DNA of 14,801 bases from a virus, in UHGV virus genome UHGV-0275206. One strand, 5' to 3'. The position numbers and the translations under genes were made by a program. The notes beneath the pieces are model-generated. The model searched no databases. It was given only the letters and a program-made list of their open reading frames with translations, and was not told the origin of the DNA. Positions 14,455 to 14,801 of this stretch are shown in pieces. The stretch's first letter is position 1. Each line of letters begins with the position of its first letter.

Positions 14455-14503
14455 TGGAGAAACCAACCGACCTTGCAGGGTCGATATGATGAGGAGCAGC
14501 AAA

Positions 14504-14731
14504 ATGGCTAGCGAACGCAGTACTGATGTGCAGGCATTTATCGGGGAGCTGGACGGCGGCGTATTTGAAACCAAAATCGGCGCAGTTCTCAGTGAGGTCG
14601 CTTCCGGTGTGATGAACACGAAAACCAAAGGGAAGGTCTCACTCAATCTGGAAATCGAACCGTTTGATGAGAACCGTGTGAAAATCAAACACAAACTCTC
14701 ATTGAACCGCCCCGGAAATCCTGGAGACTAA
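14504..14731 (+). CDS. Small early (pL-side) gene truncated by IS insertion; native part about 66 codons, last 9 codons come from the IS end
   Basis: ATG 14504 preceded by SD GAGGAG (7-nt spacing). MASERSTDVQAFIGELDGGVFETKIGAVLSEVASGVMNTKTKGKVSLNLEIEPFDENRVKIKHKLS, then ...LNRPGNPGD* encoded by the IS terminal repeat from 14703. Confidence 0.5.
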   Translation: MASERSTDVQAFIGELDGGVFETKIGAVLSEVASGVMNTKTKGKVSLNLEIEPFDENRVKIKHKLSLNRPGNPGD

Positions 14732-14801
14732 ACTCCCTGAGAAAGAGGTAAACAGGATGACTAAAAATACTCGTTTTTCCCCCGAAGTCCGTCAGCGGGC
14801 G
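14703..14801 (+). mobile_element. Left end of an IS3-family insertion sequence (IS629/IS1203-like), continuing beyond the window
   Basis: Terminal inverted-repeat-like sequence TGAACCGCCCCGGAAATCCTGGAGACTAAACT from 14703, then SD GAGG and orfA start. Confidence 0.75.
14757..14801 (+). CDS. IS3-family transposase OrfA, N-terminal fragment
   Basis: ATG 14757 translating MTKNTRFSPEVRQRA, the typical start of IS629/IS3-group OrfA (HTH part of the transposase). Confidence 0.75.
   Translation, partial: MTKNTRFSPEVRQRA

Noticed and set aside
14118-14694. ORFs 14118..14489 (+), 14185..14406 (+), 14206..14388 (-), 14339..14731 N-terminal extension, 14401..14694 (-)
   Set aside because: Run through the GC-rich structured region (terminator hairpin and long inverted repeat) with no ribosome-binding sites; Arg/Pro/Gly-rich translations. 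Only the 14504 start with SD GAGGAG is credible.

Overview
This window is the regulatory-to-lysis half of a mosaic lambdoid (E. coli/Shigella-type) prophage, read in reverse orientation so that the early-right and late operons lie on the minus strand. All calls rest on reading the sequence and ORF translations by eye plus recalled family knowledge; no searches were run. From high to low coordinates: an IS3-family element (IS629-like end) truncating a small gene; a DicF-like sRNA candidate; a self-contained minus-strand gene for a coiled-coil/zinc-ribbon protein; oL-like operators; a cI-type S24 repressor (plus strand); cro-like and CII-like genes; a frameshifted early gene; a replication initiator with internal iterons; a PerC-like regulator; a frameshifted Dam-type methyltransferase; a LexA-DBD protein; RusA; KilA-N; DUF968; and a QuuD/82-type Q antiterminator. 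Below Q sit an AT-rich three-gene plus-strand cargo operon, a terminator-flanked beta-class DNA methyltransferase, a phage-21-type lysis cassette (pinholin, SAR endolysin, Rz/Rz1), a second AT-rich plus-strand moron (RHH protein plus 136-aa protein), a lambda-like cos site and the start of terminase Nu1. The best candidates for an undescribed accessory or defence module are the three-gene operon at 4696-6235, the RHH pair at 578-1278 and the zinc-ribbon gene at 13518-14009; none has a recognisable family and all functional proposals are inference.
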